In this document: positions 37,157-49,700 of the stretch, piece after piece
Layout of the letters: every line of letters starts with the position of its first letter
Position numbering within the stretch: the stretch's first letter is position 1
Assembly: GCA_025594325.1 (NCBI GenBank)
Contig: JANHCV010000002.1
Location: 2,777,634 to 2,841,633 of the forward strand
Source of the DNA: Blastocladiella emersonii ATCC 22665
Taxonomy: Eukaryota; Fungi; Blastocladiomycota
DNA length: 64,000 bases
Reading direction: 5' to 3'
The notes under the pieces: generated by a model
Database searches by the model: none
Told to the model about the DNA's origin: nothing
The model's input: the letters and a program-made list of their open reading frames with translations, nothing else
Position numbers and translations under genes: made by a program

Positions 37157-37928
37157 GTTTGAGTACCTTGACAATTATGTACGAGGCTGGTTTACTATCT
37201 TTCCGTTGTCAAATATTTAGTTGGGTCGATACTGTGATTTATGGGTCCCTGGCTAGCTGGACAAGCGTGTAGTCAAAGATTTGAATATGGTTTTGTTCGA
37301 CTACCATGACAATTGTCTACGTGGCTGGTTTGGTACGGCCCTATCATCGGTCAATTCATTGCGTGCATATTGTGATTCGTGGAGGGTCCGATTGGGCCGG
37401 ACATCCCCCTCTCTGCTGTCCAGACTACGTTCCATGAAATACATGATCCATTGCGTGAGCAACGTTCCTAGCTTGCCCGCCCGCATGCGCGCTACGTCCG
37501 CCCACCCACCCACCCACCTAGGCCAGACAGGAAGGAAAGGGGACCCCAAGAGCCCCACGACACCACTTTAGCTCCACTACCACCCGCCAAGGCGCACGCA
37601 GCGACACCCGCAGCCATGCCATGGCGTTGGTGGGTGGATGGTGGCCAGCCAATCCTCATCACGCACGACACGTATGAAGGTCTGCCTGCATCCACCCATC
37701 CATTCATTCAACACACCCTCCCTCACGCACCCCTTCACTCGTGCTGTTTGACAGCCAGCTAGCCAGGTCCTGCTGCTGCTACCTATCTACCCTGCCCGCC
37801 TCCCACGCCCGCCGCGTCCTGAGCCAGGCAGGGCTGTGCTGCGATTAATGGCCGCGGCCAGTCCACGGTATTGGTACCCATGCAGTACGTTCCATGGCCG
37901 CCCGGCCACCCTAGCTTGGTGCTTGTGT

Positions 37929-38006
37929 GTCACTTGGTCACCTTGGTCACCGTGGTCACCTTGGTCACCTTGGTCACTTGGTCACCTTGGTCACTTGGTC
38001 ACTTGG
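37929..38006. repeat. (TTGGTCAC[C])n 8/9-bp microsatellite, present in every 3328-bp unit
   Basis: About 9 copies by direct inspection. Confidence 0.9.
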
Positions 38007-38600
38007 CGCTTGTGATGGAGGTCTAATCCAGGCACGCACGGACACAGGCACGCACGGACACAGGCCCGCACGCCCACACGCTCTCCTGCCAGGAGCATGT
38101 GGTGTGTGGGTCATTCACCATTCAGTTTGTCGTCCCTAGCACTCCTTGGCCCCAGCACTGTCTCCTTCCTGCAGCAGGAGCCCTGCCGCCTCAGCCCTCC
38201 GCAGCCAGCCCTCTGCAGCCCTGTGAAGCAGTACGGCTGCTACGCTGTTTCCAAGGTACGGTGGCCAGGGCGACGCAGGTGCTGTGGTGTTGCTTGCCAC
38301 TTGGCTGGCAACAGGGGCTGGCGCACCCATCAATCAATCAGCGGCACCGGGAGGGCAGGCAGGCGCACCCGTTGGAGCGAGTAGCAAGCCTGGATGATAA
38401 ATCATTGTTGAGTTGAGGACGCCTTGCATGCCTGCCGTTCATGCGAGTGTGTGTGACACCAGGGTGGCCGTTTGCGCCGTGTGCGCACCGCGGGGTGCGT
38501 CGGGCGCTGTGTGCTGTGCGCGCTGCACGGTGCGCGGTGTACGTCCGTCAGCGGGTGAGTGGTTTCACGCGGATAGACAGAGGAGCTGCTCGGAACCCTC

Positions 38601-39254
38601 TTTATTTTGGAACCAATGCATTTATTCCTTAACTGCGGTTGTGAACTGCAACCAGAATATCCACTGTGCAACGGGCAGCAGCCTTTTTGTGGGCAAGCCG
38701 CAGTACGACAAGCCCGGACCGTGCACGTCGAGGAGCATAGGGGGAAGAATTGTGGGAGGAGAGGGGAGTACGAGAGAGATGGGCGAACGAGGCGAAGAGA
38801 GAGCGAGCTCGAGCAGCGAGCTAAGAGAGCGAACGAAGAGCAGTAAAGAGAGACCGAGCAGAGAGACACGCTGGCGTGACCAGCTAGAGCGCGAGGACAT
38901 GCCAATGGACCAGTGGCAGTGCTGTGGTATTGGGCATGGCCTGTGAGGTTCGTCAGATGTTTTTCCATCTTTTTGTGCGGACGTTCTTCTTGTTGCGTTT
39001 CTCTTTATTTTGTTTTTCTCCTTCTTTTTCTTTTTCTTTTGTGCGTCAGCGCCATTCAGTGGCGGATCATGCGTTTCATCGTGGTCAGAACGAGAGAAAG
39101 TGGATGGGTCAGTACCGCGCGCAAACACCTGGTGCCACTGGACTTGCGTCGACTGCGCCGATCCTTGGTCTAGTCACATCACCGAATGTGCCTTGGGGAA
39201 CCGAGCAACCAAAGTCGGACGGAGGGATCTGCAACAAGAGCCGCTTGGGCCGCG
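38601..39254 (-). mobile_element. 654-bp 5'-truncated LINE copy (end of ORF + 3' UTR + A-rich tail) with a 16-bp TSD; repeated in every unit
   Basis: The reverse complement aligns with 36603-37156 (AAQAALVADPSVRLWLLGSPRHIR* versus AAQAALAADPSARLWLLGSPRHILK*; shared acaaccgc.gttaa.gaataaat). It is flanked by the direct repeat GCTGCTCGGAACCCTC at 38585-38600 and 39255-39270. Confidence 0.92.
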
Positions 39255-39545
39255 GCTGCTCGGAACCCTCCTTGGCCCATCATCATGCAGGACTTGGAGT
39301 GGACAGCAGAGCCGGCAGCCAGGAGGAGACTGGTCGTGTATTGACTAACAAAGTCGTCCCAGACTACCTACGAGATAGATAATATCTACTGGGTGGGCGC
39401 TGTCAGTCAGGCTGTCAGTGTGGCAGGCTGCCAGGCTGCCAGGGCTCATCATTCATTCGTTTGTTGGCTGGGACGGCAACCAGAGAGCGCGGGCCCCCAA
39501 TGACTTGCGAGGCGGTGTGGGTGTTCGGATAGCAGGTAGGCAAGG

Positions 39546-39620
39546 TGGCAGGTTGACAGGTTGGCAGGTTGGCAGGCTGGCAGGCTGGCAGGCTGGCAGG
39601 TTGGCAGGCTGGCAGGTTGG
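39546..39620. repeat. (GGCAGGYT)n 8-bp microsatellite, present in every unit
   Basis: About 9 copies by direct inspection. Confidence 0.9.
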
Positions 39621-39713
39621 CTGTTTACTTAGTTGATTGGACCGTGCACTTTGACGACGGGCTCCATTATTAGGGGATCGAAGAGTTGGCTAGTGGAGTG
39701 TGCACAAAGCGGT

Positions 39714-40720
39714 AGATTTGAATATCTGGCGCTTTGGTTCCTCGCCCACCTGGACGTGAGGGTATGCGAAGATTTGGCTGAGTATGGTTATGTTTGAGTA
39801 CCATGACAATTATCAGCGTGGCGGGTTTGATACATCCCGATCGTCAGTCAGGTGTTTTCTTGGTTCAATACTGTGATTTATAGGCCCTTGCCCACCTGGA
39901 CATGGGGCACTCGAAGATTTGACTATGGTTTTGTTTGAGTACCATGACAATTATCTACGTGCCTGGTTTACGATATTTCTTTGGTCAGATATTGCGTTGC
40001 TGTGATACTGTGATTTATGGGTCCCTGGCTAGCTGGACAAGCGGGAAGTGAAAGATTTGAATATGGTTTTGTTTGAGTATCAAGACAATTACCTACGCGG
40101 TCGGTTATATAAACTCATGTGGTCAGATATTTCGTTGGTATGATACTGTGATTTATGGGTGTCCAACCTGCTGGACATGTGGGAAGTCGAAGATTTGAGT
40201 ATGGTTTTGTTTGAGTACCATGACAGTTGCCAGAGTGGCTGGTTTACTATACTTCTATGGTCAGATATACTGTTGCTTTGACGTTACGATTTATGGGTCC
40301 TCAACCAGCTGGACATGCAGGAAAGCAAAGATTTGAATATGGTTTTGATTGAGTACCATGACAATTATCCGCGTGGCTGTTTTACCATATTTCTGTCGTC
40401 AGATACTTTGTTGGTTCGATACTGTGATTTATGGGTCCCTGGCCAGCTGGACATGCGGGAAGTCAAGGTTTTGAATATGGTTTTGTTTGAGTACCATGAC
40501 AATTATGTACGAGGCTGGTTTACTATCTTTCCGTTGTCAAATATTTAGTTGGGTCGATACTGTGATTTATGGGTCCCTGGCTAGCTGGACAAGCGTGTAG
40601 TCAAAGATTTGAATATGGTTTTGTTCGACTACCATGACAATTGTCTACGTGGCTGGTTTGGTACGGCCCTATCATCGGTCAATTCATTGCGTGCATATTG
40701 TGATTCGTGGAGGGTCCGAT
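39714..40720. repeat. Nested array of ~7 diverged AT-rich 138-bp monomers, present in every unit
   Basis: The motif (g/a)aagatttgaatatggttttgtttgagtaccatgacaatt recurs at 39768, 39913, 40051, 40189, 40327, 40465 and 40603 (exact 138-bp spacing for the last six), plus a truncated copy at ~39714. Confidence 0.95.
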
Positions 40721-43700
40721 TGGGCCGGACATCCCCCTCTCTGCTGTCCAGACTACGTTCCATGAAATACATGATCCATTGCGTGAGCAACGTTCCTAGC
40801 TTGCCCGCCCGCATGCGCGCTACGTCCGCCCACCCACCCACCCACCTAGGCCAGACAGGAAGGAAAGGGGACCCCAAGAGCCCCACGACACCACTTTAGC
40901 TCCACTACCACCCGCCAAGGCGCACGCAGCGACACCCGCAGCCATGCCATGGCGTTGGTGGGTGGATGGTGGCCAGCCAATCCTCATCACGCACGACACG
41001 TATGAAGGTCTGCCTGCATCCACCCATCCATTCATTCAACACACCCTCCCTCACGCACCCCTTCACTCGTGCTGTTTGACAGCCAGCTAGCCAGGTCCTG
41101 CTGCTGCTACCTATCTACCCTGCCCGCCTCCCACGCCCGCCGCGTCCTGAGCCAGGCAGGGCTGTGCTGCGATTAATGGCCGCGGCCAGTCCACGGTAGT
41201 GGTACCCATGCAGTACGTTCCATGGCCGCCCGGCCACCCTAGCTTGGTGCTTGTGTGTCACTTGGTCACCTTGGTCACCGTGGTCACCTTGGTCACCTTG
41301 GTCACTTGGTCACCTTGGTCACTTGGTCACTTGGCGCTTGTGATGGAGGTCTAATCCAGGCACGCACGGACACAGGCACGCACGGACACAGGCCCGCACG
41401 CCCACACGCTCTCCTGCCAGGAGCATGTGGTGTGTGGGTCATTCACCATTCAGTTTGTCGTCCCTAGCACTCCTTGGCCCCAGCACTGTCTCCTTCCTGC
41501 AGCAGGAGCCCTGCCGCCTCAGCCCTCCGCAGCCAGCCCTCTGCAGCCCTGTGAAGCAGTACGGCTGCTACGCTGTTTCCAAGGTACGGTGGCCAGGGCG
41601 ACGCAGGTGCTGTGGTGTTGCTTGCCACTTGGCTGGCAACAGGGGCTGGCGCACCCATCAATCAATCAACGGCACCGGGAGGGCAGGCAGGCGCACCCGT
41701 TGGAGCGAGTAGCAAGCCTGGATGATAAATCATTGTTGAGTTGAGGACGCCTTGCATGCCTGCCGTTCATGCGAGTGTGTGTGACACCAGGGTGGCCGTT
41801 TGCGCCGTGTGCGCACCGCGGGGTGCGTCGGGCGCTGTGTGCTGTGCGCGCTGCACGGTGCGCGGTGTACGTCCGTCAGCGGGTGAGTGGTTTCACGCGG
41901 ATAGACAGAGGAGCTGCTCGGAACCCTCTTTATTTTGGAACCAATGCATTTATTCCTTAACTGCGGTTGTGAACTGCAACCAGAATATCCACTGTGCAAC
42001 GGGCAGCAGCCTTTTTGTGGGCAAGCCGCAGTACGACAAGCCCGGACCGTGCACGTCGAGGAGCATAGGGGGAAGAATTGTGGGAGGAGAGGGGAGTACG
42101 AGAGAGATGGGCGAACGAGGCGAAGAGAGAGCGAGCTCGAGCAGCGAGCTAAGAGAGCGAACGAAGAGCAGTAAAGAGAGACCGAGCAGAGAGACACGCT
42201 GGCGTGACCAGCTAGAGCGCGAGGACATGCCAATGGACCAGTGGCAGTGCTGTGGTATTGGGCATGGCCTGTGAGGTTCGTCAGATGTTTTTCCATCTTT
42301 TTGTGCGGACGTTCTTCTTGTTGCGTTTCTCTTTATTTTGTTTTTCTCCTTCTTTTTCTTTTTCTTTTGTGCGTCAGCGCCATTCAGTGGCGGATCATGC
42401 GTTTCATCGTGGTCAGAACGAGAGAAAGTGGATGGGTCAGTACCGCGCGCAAACACCTGGTGCCACTGGACTTGCGTCGACTGCGCCGATCCTTGGTCTA
42501 GTCACATCACCGAATGTGCCTTGGGGAACCGAGCAACCAAAGTCGGACGGAGGGATCTGCAACAAGAGCCGCTTGGGCCGCGGCTGCTCGGAACCCTCCT
42601 TGGCCCATCATCATGCAGGACTTGGAGTGGACAGCAGAGCCGGCAGCCAGGAGGAGACTGGTCGTGTATTGACTAACAAAGTCGTCCCAGACTACCTACG
42701 AGATAGATAATATCTACTGGGTGGGCGCTGTCAGTCAGGCTGTCAGTGTGGCAGGCTGCCAGGCTGCCAGGGCTCATCATTCATTCGTTTGTTGGCTGGG
42801 ACGGCAACCAGAGAGCGCGGGCCCCCAATGACTTGCGAGGCGGTGTGGGTGTTCGGATAGCAGGTAGGCAAGGTGGCAGGTTGACAGGTTGGCAGGTTGG
42901 CAGGCTGGCAGGCTGGCAGGCTGGCAGGTTGGCAGGCTGGCAGGTTGGCTGTTTACTTAGTTGATTGGACCGTGCACTTTGACGACGGGCTCCATTATTA
43001 GGGGATCGAAGAGTTGGCTAGTGGAGTGTGCACAAAGCGGTAGATTTGAATATCTGGCGCTTTGGTTCCTCGCCCACCTGGACGTGAGGGTATGCGAAGA
43101 TTTGGCTGAGTATGGTTATGTTTGAGTACCATGACAATTATCAGCGTGGCGGGTTTGATACGTCCCGATCGTCAGTCAGGTGTTTTCTTGGTTCAATACT
43201 GTGATTTATAGGCCCTTGCCCACCTGGACATGGGGCACTCGAAGATTTGACTATGGTTTTGTTTGAGTACCATGACAATTATCTACGTGCCTGGTTTACG
43301 ATATTTCTTTGGTCAGATATTGCGTTGCTGTGATACTGTGATTTATGGGTCCCTGGCTAGCTGGACAAGCGGGAAGTGAAAGATTTGAATATGGTTTTGT
43401 TTGAGTATCAAGACAATTACCTACGCGGTCGGTATTATATAAACTCATGTGGTCAGATATTTCGTTGGTATGATACTGTGATTTATGGGTGTCCAACCTG
43501 CTGGACATGTGGGAAGTCGAAGATTTGAGTATGGTTTTGTTTGAGTACCATGACAGTTGCCAGAGTGGCTGGTTTACTATACTTCTATGGTCAGATATAC
43601 TGTTGCTTTGACGTTACGATTTATGGGTCCTCAACCAGCTGGACATGCAGGAAAGCAAAGATTTGAATATGGTTTTGATTGAGTACCATGACAATTATCC

Positions 43701-46700
43701 GCGTGGCTGTTTTACCATATTTCTGTCGTCAGATACTTTGTTGGTTCGATACTGTGATTTATGGGTCCCTGGCCAGCTGGACATGCGGGAAGTCAAGGTT
43801 TTGAATATGGTTTTGTTTGAGTACCATGACAATTATGTACGAGGCTGGTTTACTATCTTTCCGTTGTCAAATATTTAGTTGGGTCGATACTGTGATTTAT
43901 GGGTCCCTGGCTAGCTGGACAAGCGTGTAGTCAAAGATTTGAATATGGTTTTGTTCGACTACCATGACAATTGTCTACGTGGCTGGTTTGGTACGGCCCT
44001 ATCATCGGTCAATTCATTGCGTGCATATTGTGATTCGTGGAGGGTCCGATTGGGCCGGACATCCCCCTCTCTGCTGTCCAGACTACGTTCCATGAAATAC
44101 ATGATCCATTGCGTGAGCAACGTTCCTAGCTTGCCCGCCCGCATGCGCGCTACGTCCGCCCACCCACCCACCCACCTAGGCCAGACAGGAAGGAAAGGGG
44201 ACCCCAAGAGCCCCACGACACCACTTTAGCTCCACTACCACCCGCCAAGGCGCACGCAGCGACACCCGCAGCCATGCCATGGCGTTGGTGGGTGGATGGT
44301 GGCCAGCCAATCCTCATCACGCACGACACGTATGAAGGTCTGCCTGCATCCACCCATCCATTCATTCAACACACCCTCCCTCACGCACCCCTTCACTCGT
44401 GCTGTTTGACAGCCAGCTAGCCAGGTCCTGCTGCTGCTACCTATCTACCCTGCCCGCCTCCCACGCCCGCCGCGTCCTGAGCCAGGCAGGGCTGTGCTGC
44501 GATTAATGGCCGCGGCCAGTCCACGGTATTGGTACCCATGCAGTACGTTCCATGGCCGCCCGGCCACCCTAGCTTGGTGCTTGTGTGTCACTTGGTCACC
44601 TTGGTCACCGTGGTCACCTTGGTCACCTTGGTCACTTGGTCACCTTGGTCACTTGGTCACTTGGCGCTTGTGATGGAGGTCTAATCCAGGCACGCACGGA
44701 CACAGGCACGCACGGACACAGGCCCGCACGCCCACACGCTCTCCTGCCAGGAGCATGTGGTGTGTGGGTCATTCACCATTCAGTTTGTCGTCCCTAGCAC
44801 TCCTTGGCCCCAGCACTGTCTCCTTCCTGCAGCAGGAGCCCTGCCGCCTCAGCCCTCCGCAGCCAGCCCTCTGCAGCCCTGTGAAGCAGTACGGCTGCTA
44901 CGCTGTTTCCAAGGTACGGTGGCCAGGGCGACGCAGGTGCTGTGGTGTTGCTTGCCACTTGGCTGGCAACAGGGGCTGGCGCACCCATCAATCAATCAGC
45001 GGCACCGGGAGGGCAGGCAGGCGCACCCGTTGGAGCGAGTAGCAAGCCTGGATGATAAATCATTGTTGAGTTGAGGACGCCTTGCATGCCTGCCGTTCAT
45101 GCGAGTGTGTGTGACACCAGGGTGGCCGTTTGCGCCGTGTGCGCACCGCGGGGTGCGTCGGGCGCTGTGTGCTGTGCGCGCTGCACGGTGCGCGGTGTAC
45201 GTCCGTCAGCGGGTAAGTGGTTTCACGCGGATAGACCGAGGAGCTGCTCGGAACCCTCTTTATTTTGGAACCAATGCATTTATTCCTTAACTGCGGTTGT
45301 GAACTGCAACCAGAATATCCACTGTGCAACGGGCAGCAGCCTTTTTGTGGGCAAGCCGCAGTACGACAAGCCCGGACCGTGCACGTCGAGGAGCATAGGG
45401 GGAAGAATTGTGGGAGGAGAGGGGAGTACGAGAGAGATGGGCGAACGAGGCGAAGAGAGAGCGAGCTCGAGCAGCGAGCTAAGAGAGCGAACGAAGAGCA
45501 GTAAAGAGAGACCGAGCAGAGAGACACGCTGGCGTGACCAGCTAGAGCGCGAGGACATGCCAATGGACCAGTGGCAGTGCTGTGGTATTGGGCATGGCCT
45601 GTGAGGTTCGTCAGATGTTTTTCCATCTTTTTGTGCGGACGTTCTTCTTGTTGCGTTTCTCTTTATTTTGTTTTTCTCCTTCTTTTTCTTTTTCTTTTGT
45701 GCGTCAGCGCCATTCAGTGGCGGATCATGCGTTTCATCGTGGTCAGAACGAGAGAAAGTGGATGGGTCAGTACCGCGCGCAAACACCTGGTGCCACTGGA
45801 CTTGCGTCGACTGCGCCGATCCTTGGTCTAGTCACATCACCGAATGTGCCTTGGGGAACCGAGCAACCAAAGTCGGACGGAGGGATCTGCAACAAGAGCC
45901 GCTTGGGCCGCGGCTGCTCGGAACCCTCCTTGGCCCATCATCATGCAGGACTTGGAGTGGACAGCAGAGCCGGCAGCCAGGAGGAGACTGGTCGTGTATT
46001 GACTAACAAAGTCGTCCCAGACTACCTACGAGATAGATAATATCTACTGGGTGGGCGCTGTCAGTCAGGCTGTCAGTGTGGCAGGCTGCCAGGCTGCCAG
46101 GGCTCATCATTCATTCGTTTGTTGGCTGGGACGGCAACCAGAGAGCGCGGGCCCCCAATGACTTGCGAGGCGGTGTGGGTGTTCGGATAGCAGGTAGGCA
46201 AGGTGGCAGGTTGACAGGTTGGCAGGTTGGCAGGCTGGCAGGCTGGCAGGCTGGCAGGTTGGCAGGCTGGCAGGTTGGCTGTTTACTTAGTTGATTGGAC
46301 CGTGCACTTTGACGACGGGCTCCATTATTAGGGGATCGAAGAGTTGGCTAGTGGAGTGTGCACAAAGCGGTAGATTTGAATATCTGGCGCTTTGGTTCCT
46401 CGCCCACCTGGACGTGAGGGTATGCGAAGATTTGGCTGAGTATGGTTATGTTTGAGTACCATGACAATTATCAGCGTGGCGGGTTTGATACGTCCCGATC
46501 GTCAGTCAGGTGTTTTCTTGGTTCAATACTGTGATTTATAGGCCCTTGCCCACCTGGACATGGGGCACTCGAAGATTTGACTATGGTTTTGTTTGAGTAC
46601 CATGACAATTATCTACGTGCCTGGTTTACGATATTTCTTTGGTCAGATATTGCGTTGCTGTGATACTGTGATTTATGGGTCCCTGGCTAGCTGGACAAGC

Positions 46701-49700
46701 GGGAAGTGAAAGATTTGAATATGGTTTTGTTTGAGTATCAAGACAATTACCTACGCGGTCGGTTATATATACTCATGTGGTCAGATATTTCGTTGGTATG
46801 ATACTGTGATTTATGGGTGTCCAACCTGCTGGACATGTGGGAAGTCGAAGATTTGAGTATGGTTTTGTTTGAGTACCATGACAGTTGCCAGAGTGGCTGG
46901 TTTACTATACTTCTATGGTCAGATATACTGTTGCTTTGACGTTACGATTTATGGGTCCTCAACCAGCTGGACATGCAGGAAAGCAAAGATTTGAATATGG
47001 TTTTGATTGAGTACCATGACAATTATCCGCGTGGCTGTTTTACCATATTTCTGTCGTCAGATACTTTGTTGGTTCGATACTGTGATTTATGGGTCCCTGG
47101 CCAGCTGGACATGCGGGAAGTCAAGGTTTTGAATATGGTTTTGTTTGAGTACCATGACAATTATGTACGAGGCTGGTTTACTATCTTTCCGTTGTCAAAT
47201 ATTTAGTTGGGTCGATACTGTGATTTATGGGTCCCTGGCTAGCTGGACAAGCGTGTAGTCAAAGATTTGAATATGGTTTTGTTCGACTACCATGACAATT
47301 GTCTACGTGGCTGGTTTGGTACGGCCCTATCATCGGTCAATTCATTGCGTGCGTATTGTGATTCGTGGAGGGTCCGATTGGGCCGGACATCCCCCTCTCT
47401 GCTGTCCAGACTACGTTCCATGAAATACATGATCCATTGCGTGAGCAACGTTCCTAGCTTGCCCGCCCGCATGCGCGCTACGTCCGCCCACCCACCCACC
47501 CACCTAGGCCAGACAGGAAGGAAAGGGGACCCCAAGAGCCCCACGACACCACTTTAGCTCCACTACCACCCGCCAAGGCGCACGCAGCGACACCCGCAGC
47601 CATGCCATGGCGTTGGTGGGTGGATGGTGGCCAGCCAATCCTCATCACGCACGACACGTATGAAGGTCTGCCTGCATCCACCCATCCATTCATTCAACAC
47701 ACCCTCCCTCACGCACCCCTTCACTCGTGCTGTTTGACAGCCAGCTAGCCAGGTCCTGCTGCTGCTACCTATCTACCCTGCCCGCCTCCCACGCCCGCCG
47801 CGTCCTGAGCCAGGCAGGGCTGTGCTGCGATTAATGGCCGCGGCCAGTCCACGGTATTGGTACCCATGCAGTACGTTCCATGGCCGCCCGGCCACCCTAG
47901 CTTGGTGCTTGTGTGTCACTTGGTCACCTTGGTCACCGTGGTCACCTTGGTCACCTTGGTCACTTGGTCACCTTGGTCACTTGGTCACTTGGCGCTTGTG
48001 ATGGAGGTCTAATCCAGGCACGCACGGACACAGGCACGCACGGACACAGGCCCGCACGCCCACACGCTCTCCTGCCAGGAGCATGTGGTGTGTGGGTCAT
48101 TCACCATTCAGTTTGTCGTCCCTAGCACTCCTTGGCCCCAGCACTGTCTCCTTCCTGCAGCAGGAGCCCTGCCGCCTCAGCCCTCCGCAGCCAGCCCTCT
48201 GCAGCCCTGTGAAGCAGTACGGCTGCTACGCTGTTTCCAAGGTACGGTGGCCAGGGCGACGCAGGTGCTGTGGTGTTGCTTGCCACTTGGCTGGCAACAG
48301 GGGCTGGCGCACCCATCAATCAATCAACGGCACCGGGAGGGCAGGCAGGCGCACCCGTTGGAGCGAGTAGCAAGCCTGGATGATAAATCATTGTTGAGTT
48401 GAGGACGCCTTGCATGCCTGCCGTTCATGCGAGTGTGTGTGACACCAGGGTGGCCGTTTGCGCCGTGTGCGCACCGCGGGGTGCGTCGGGCGCTGTGTGC
48501 TGTGCGCGCTGCACGGTGCGCGGTGTACGTCCGTCAGCGGGTAAGTGGTTTCACGCGGATAGACCGAGGAGCTGCTCGGAACCCTCTTTATTTTGGAACC
48601 AATGCATTTATTCCTTAACTGCGGTTGTGAACTGCAACCAGAATATCCACTGTGCAACGGGCAGCAGCCTTTTTGTGGGCAAGCCGCAGTACGACAAGCC
48701 CGGACCGTGCACGTCGAGGAGCATAGGGGGAAGAATTGTGGGAGGAGAGGGGAGTACGAGAGAGATGGGCGAACGAGGCGAAGAGAGAGCGAGCTCGAGC
48801 AGCGAGCTAAGAGAGCGAACGAAGAGCAGTAAAGAGAGACCGAGCAGAGAGACACGCTGGCGTGACCAGCTAGAGCGCGAGGACATGCCAATGGACCAGT
48901 GGCAGTGCTGTGGTATTGGGCATGGCCTGTGAGGTTCGTCAGATGTTTTTCCATCTTTTTGTGCGGACGTTCTTCTTGTTGCGTTTCTCTTTATTTTGTT
49001 TTTCTCCTTCTTTTTCTTTTTCTTTTGTGCGTCAGCGCCATTCAGTGGCGGATCATGCGTTTCATCGTGGTCAGAACGAGAGAAAGTGGATGGGTCAGTA
49101 CCGCGCGCAAACACCTGGTGCCACTGGACTTGCGTCGACTGCGCCGATCCTTGGTCTAGTCACATCACCGAATGTGCCTTGGGGAACCGAGCAACCAAAG
49201 TCGGACGGAGGGATCTGCAACAAGAGCCGCTTGGGCCGCGGCTGCTCGGAACCCTCCTTGGCCCATCATCATGCAGGACTTGGAGTGGACAGCAGAGCCG
49301 GCAGCCAGGAGGAGACTGGTCGTGTATTGACTAACAAAGTCGTCCCAGACTACCTACGAGATAGATAATATCTACTGGGTGGGCGCTGTCAGTCAGGCTG
49401 TCAGTGTGGCAGGCTGCCAGGCTGCCAGGGCTCATCATTCATTCGTTTGTTGGCTGGGACGGCAACCAGAGAGCGCGGGCCCCCAATGACTTGCGAGGCG
49501 GTGTGGGTGTTCGGATAGCAGGTAGGCAAGGTGGCAGGTTGACAGGTTGGCAGGTTGGCAGGCTGGCAGGCTGGCAGGCTGGCAGGTTGGCAGGCTGGCA
49601 GGTTGGCTGTTTACTTAGTTGATTGGACCGTGCACTTTGACGACGGGCTCCATTATTAGGGGATCGAAGAGTTGGCTAGTGGAGTGTGCACAAAGCGGTA

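Noticed and set aside
38388-38420. Box C/D snoRNA (ggatgataaat...)
   Set aside because: The C box does not match RUGAUGA, and no properly placed D box or terminal stem is present.
39670-39676. Telomeric TTAGGG repeats
   Set aside because: Only a single TTAGGG per unit; no tandem telomeric tract.
39714-40720. CRISPR-like array (conserved repeat plus variable spacer)
   Set aside because: The 'spacers' are homologous to each other along their length, the period is 138 bp, the host is eukaryotic and no cas genes are present.
39913-40720. Alternative genetic code (TGA/TAG reassigned) explaining the stops in the 46-aa repeat frame
   Set aside because: Bona fide genes in the window terminate with TAG, TAA and TGA. 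The stops are more simply C>T mutations.
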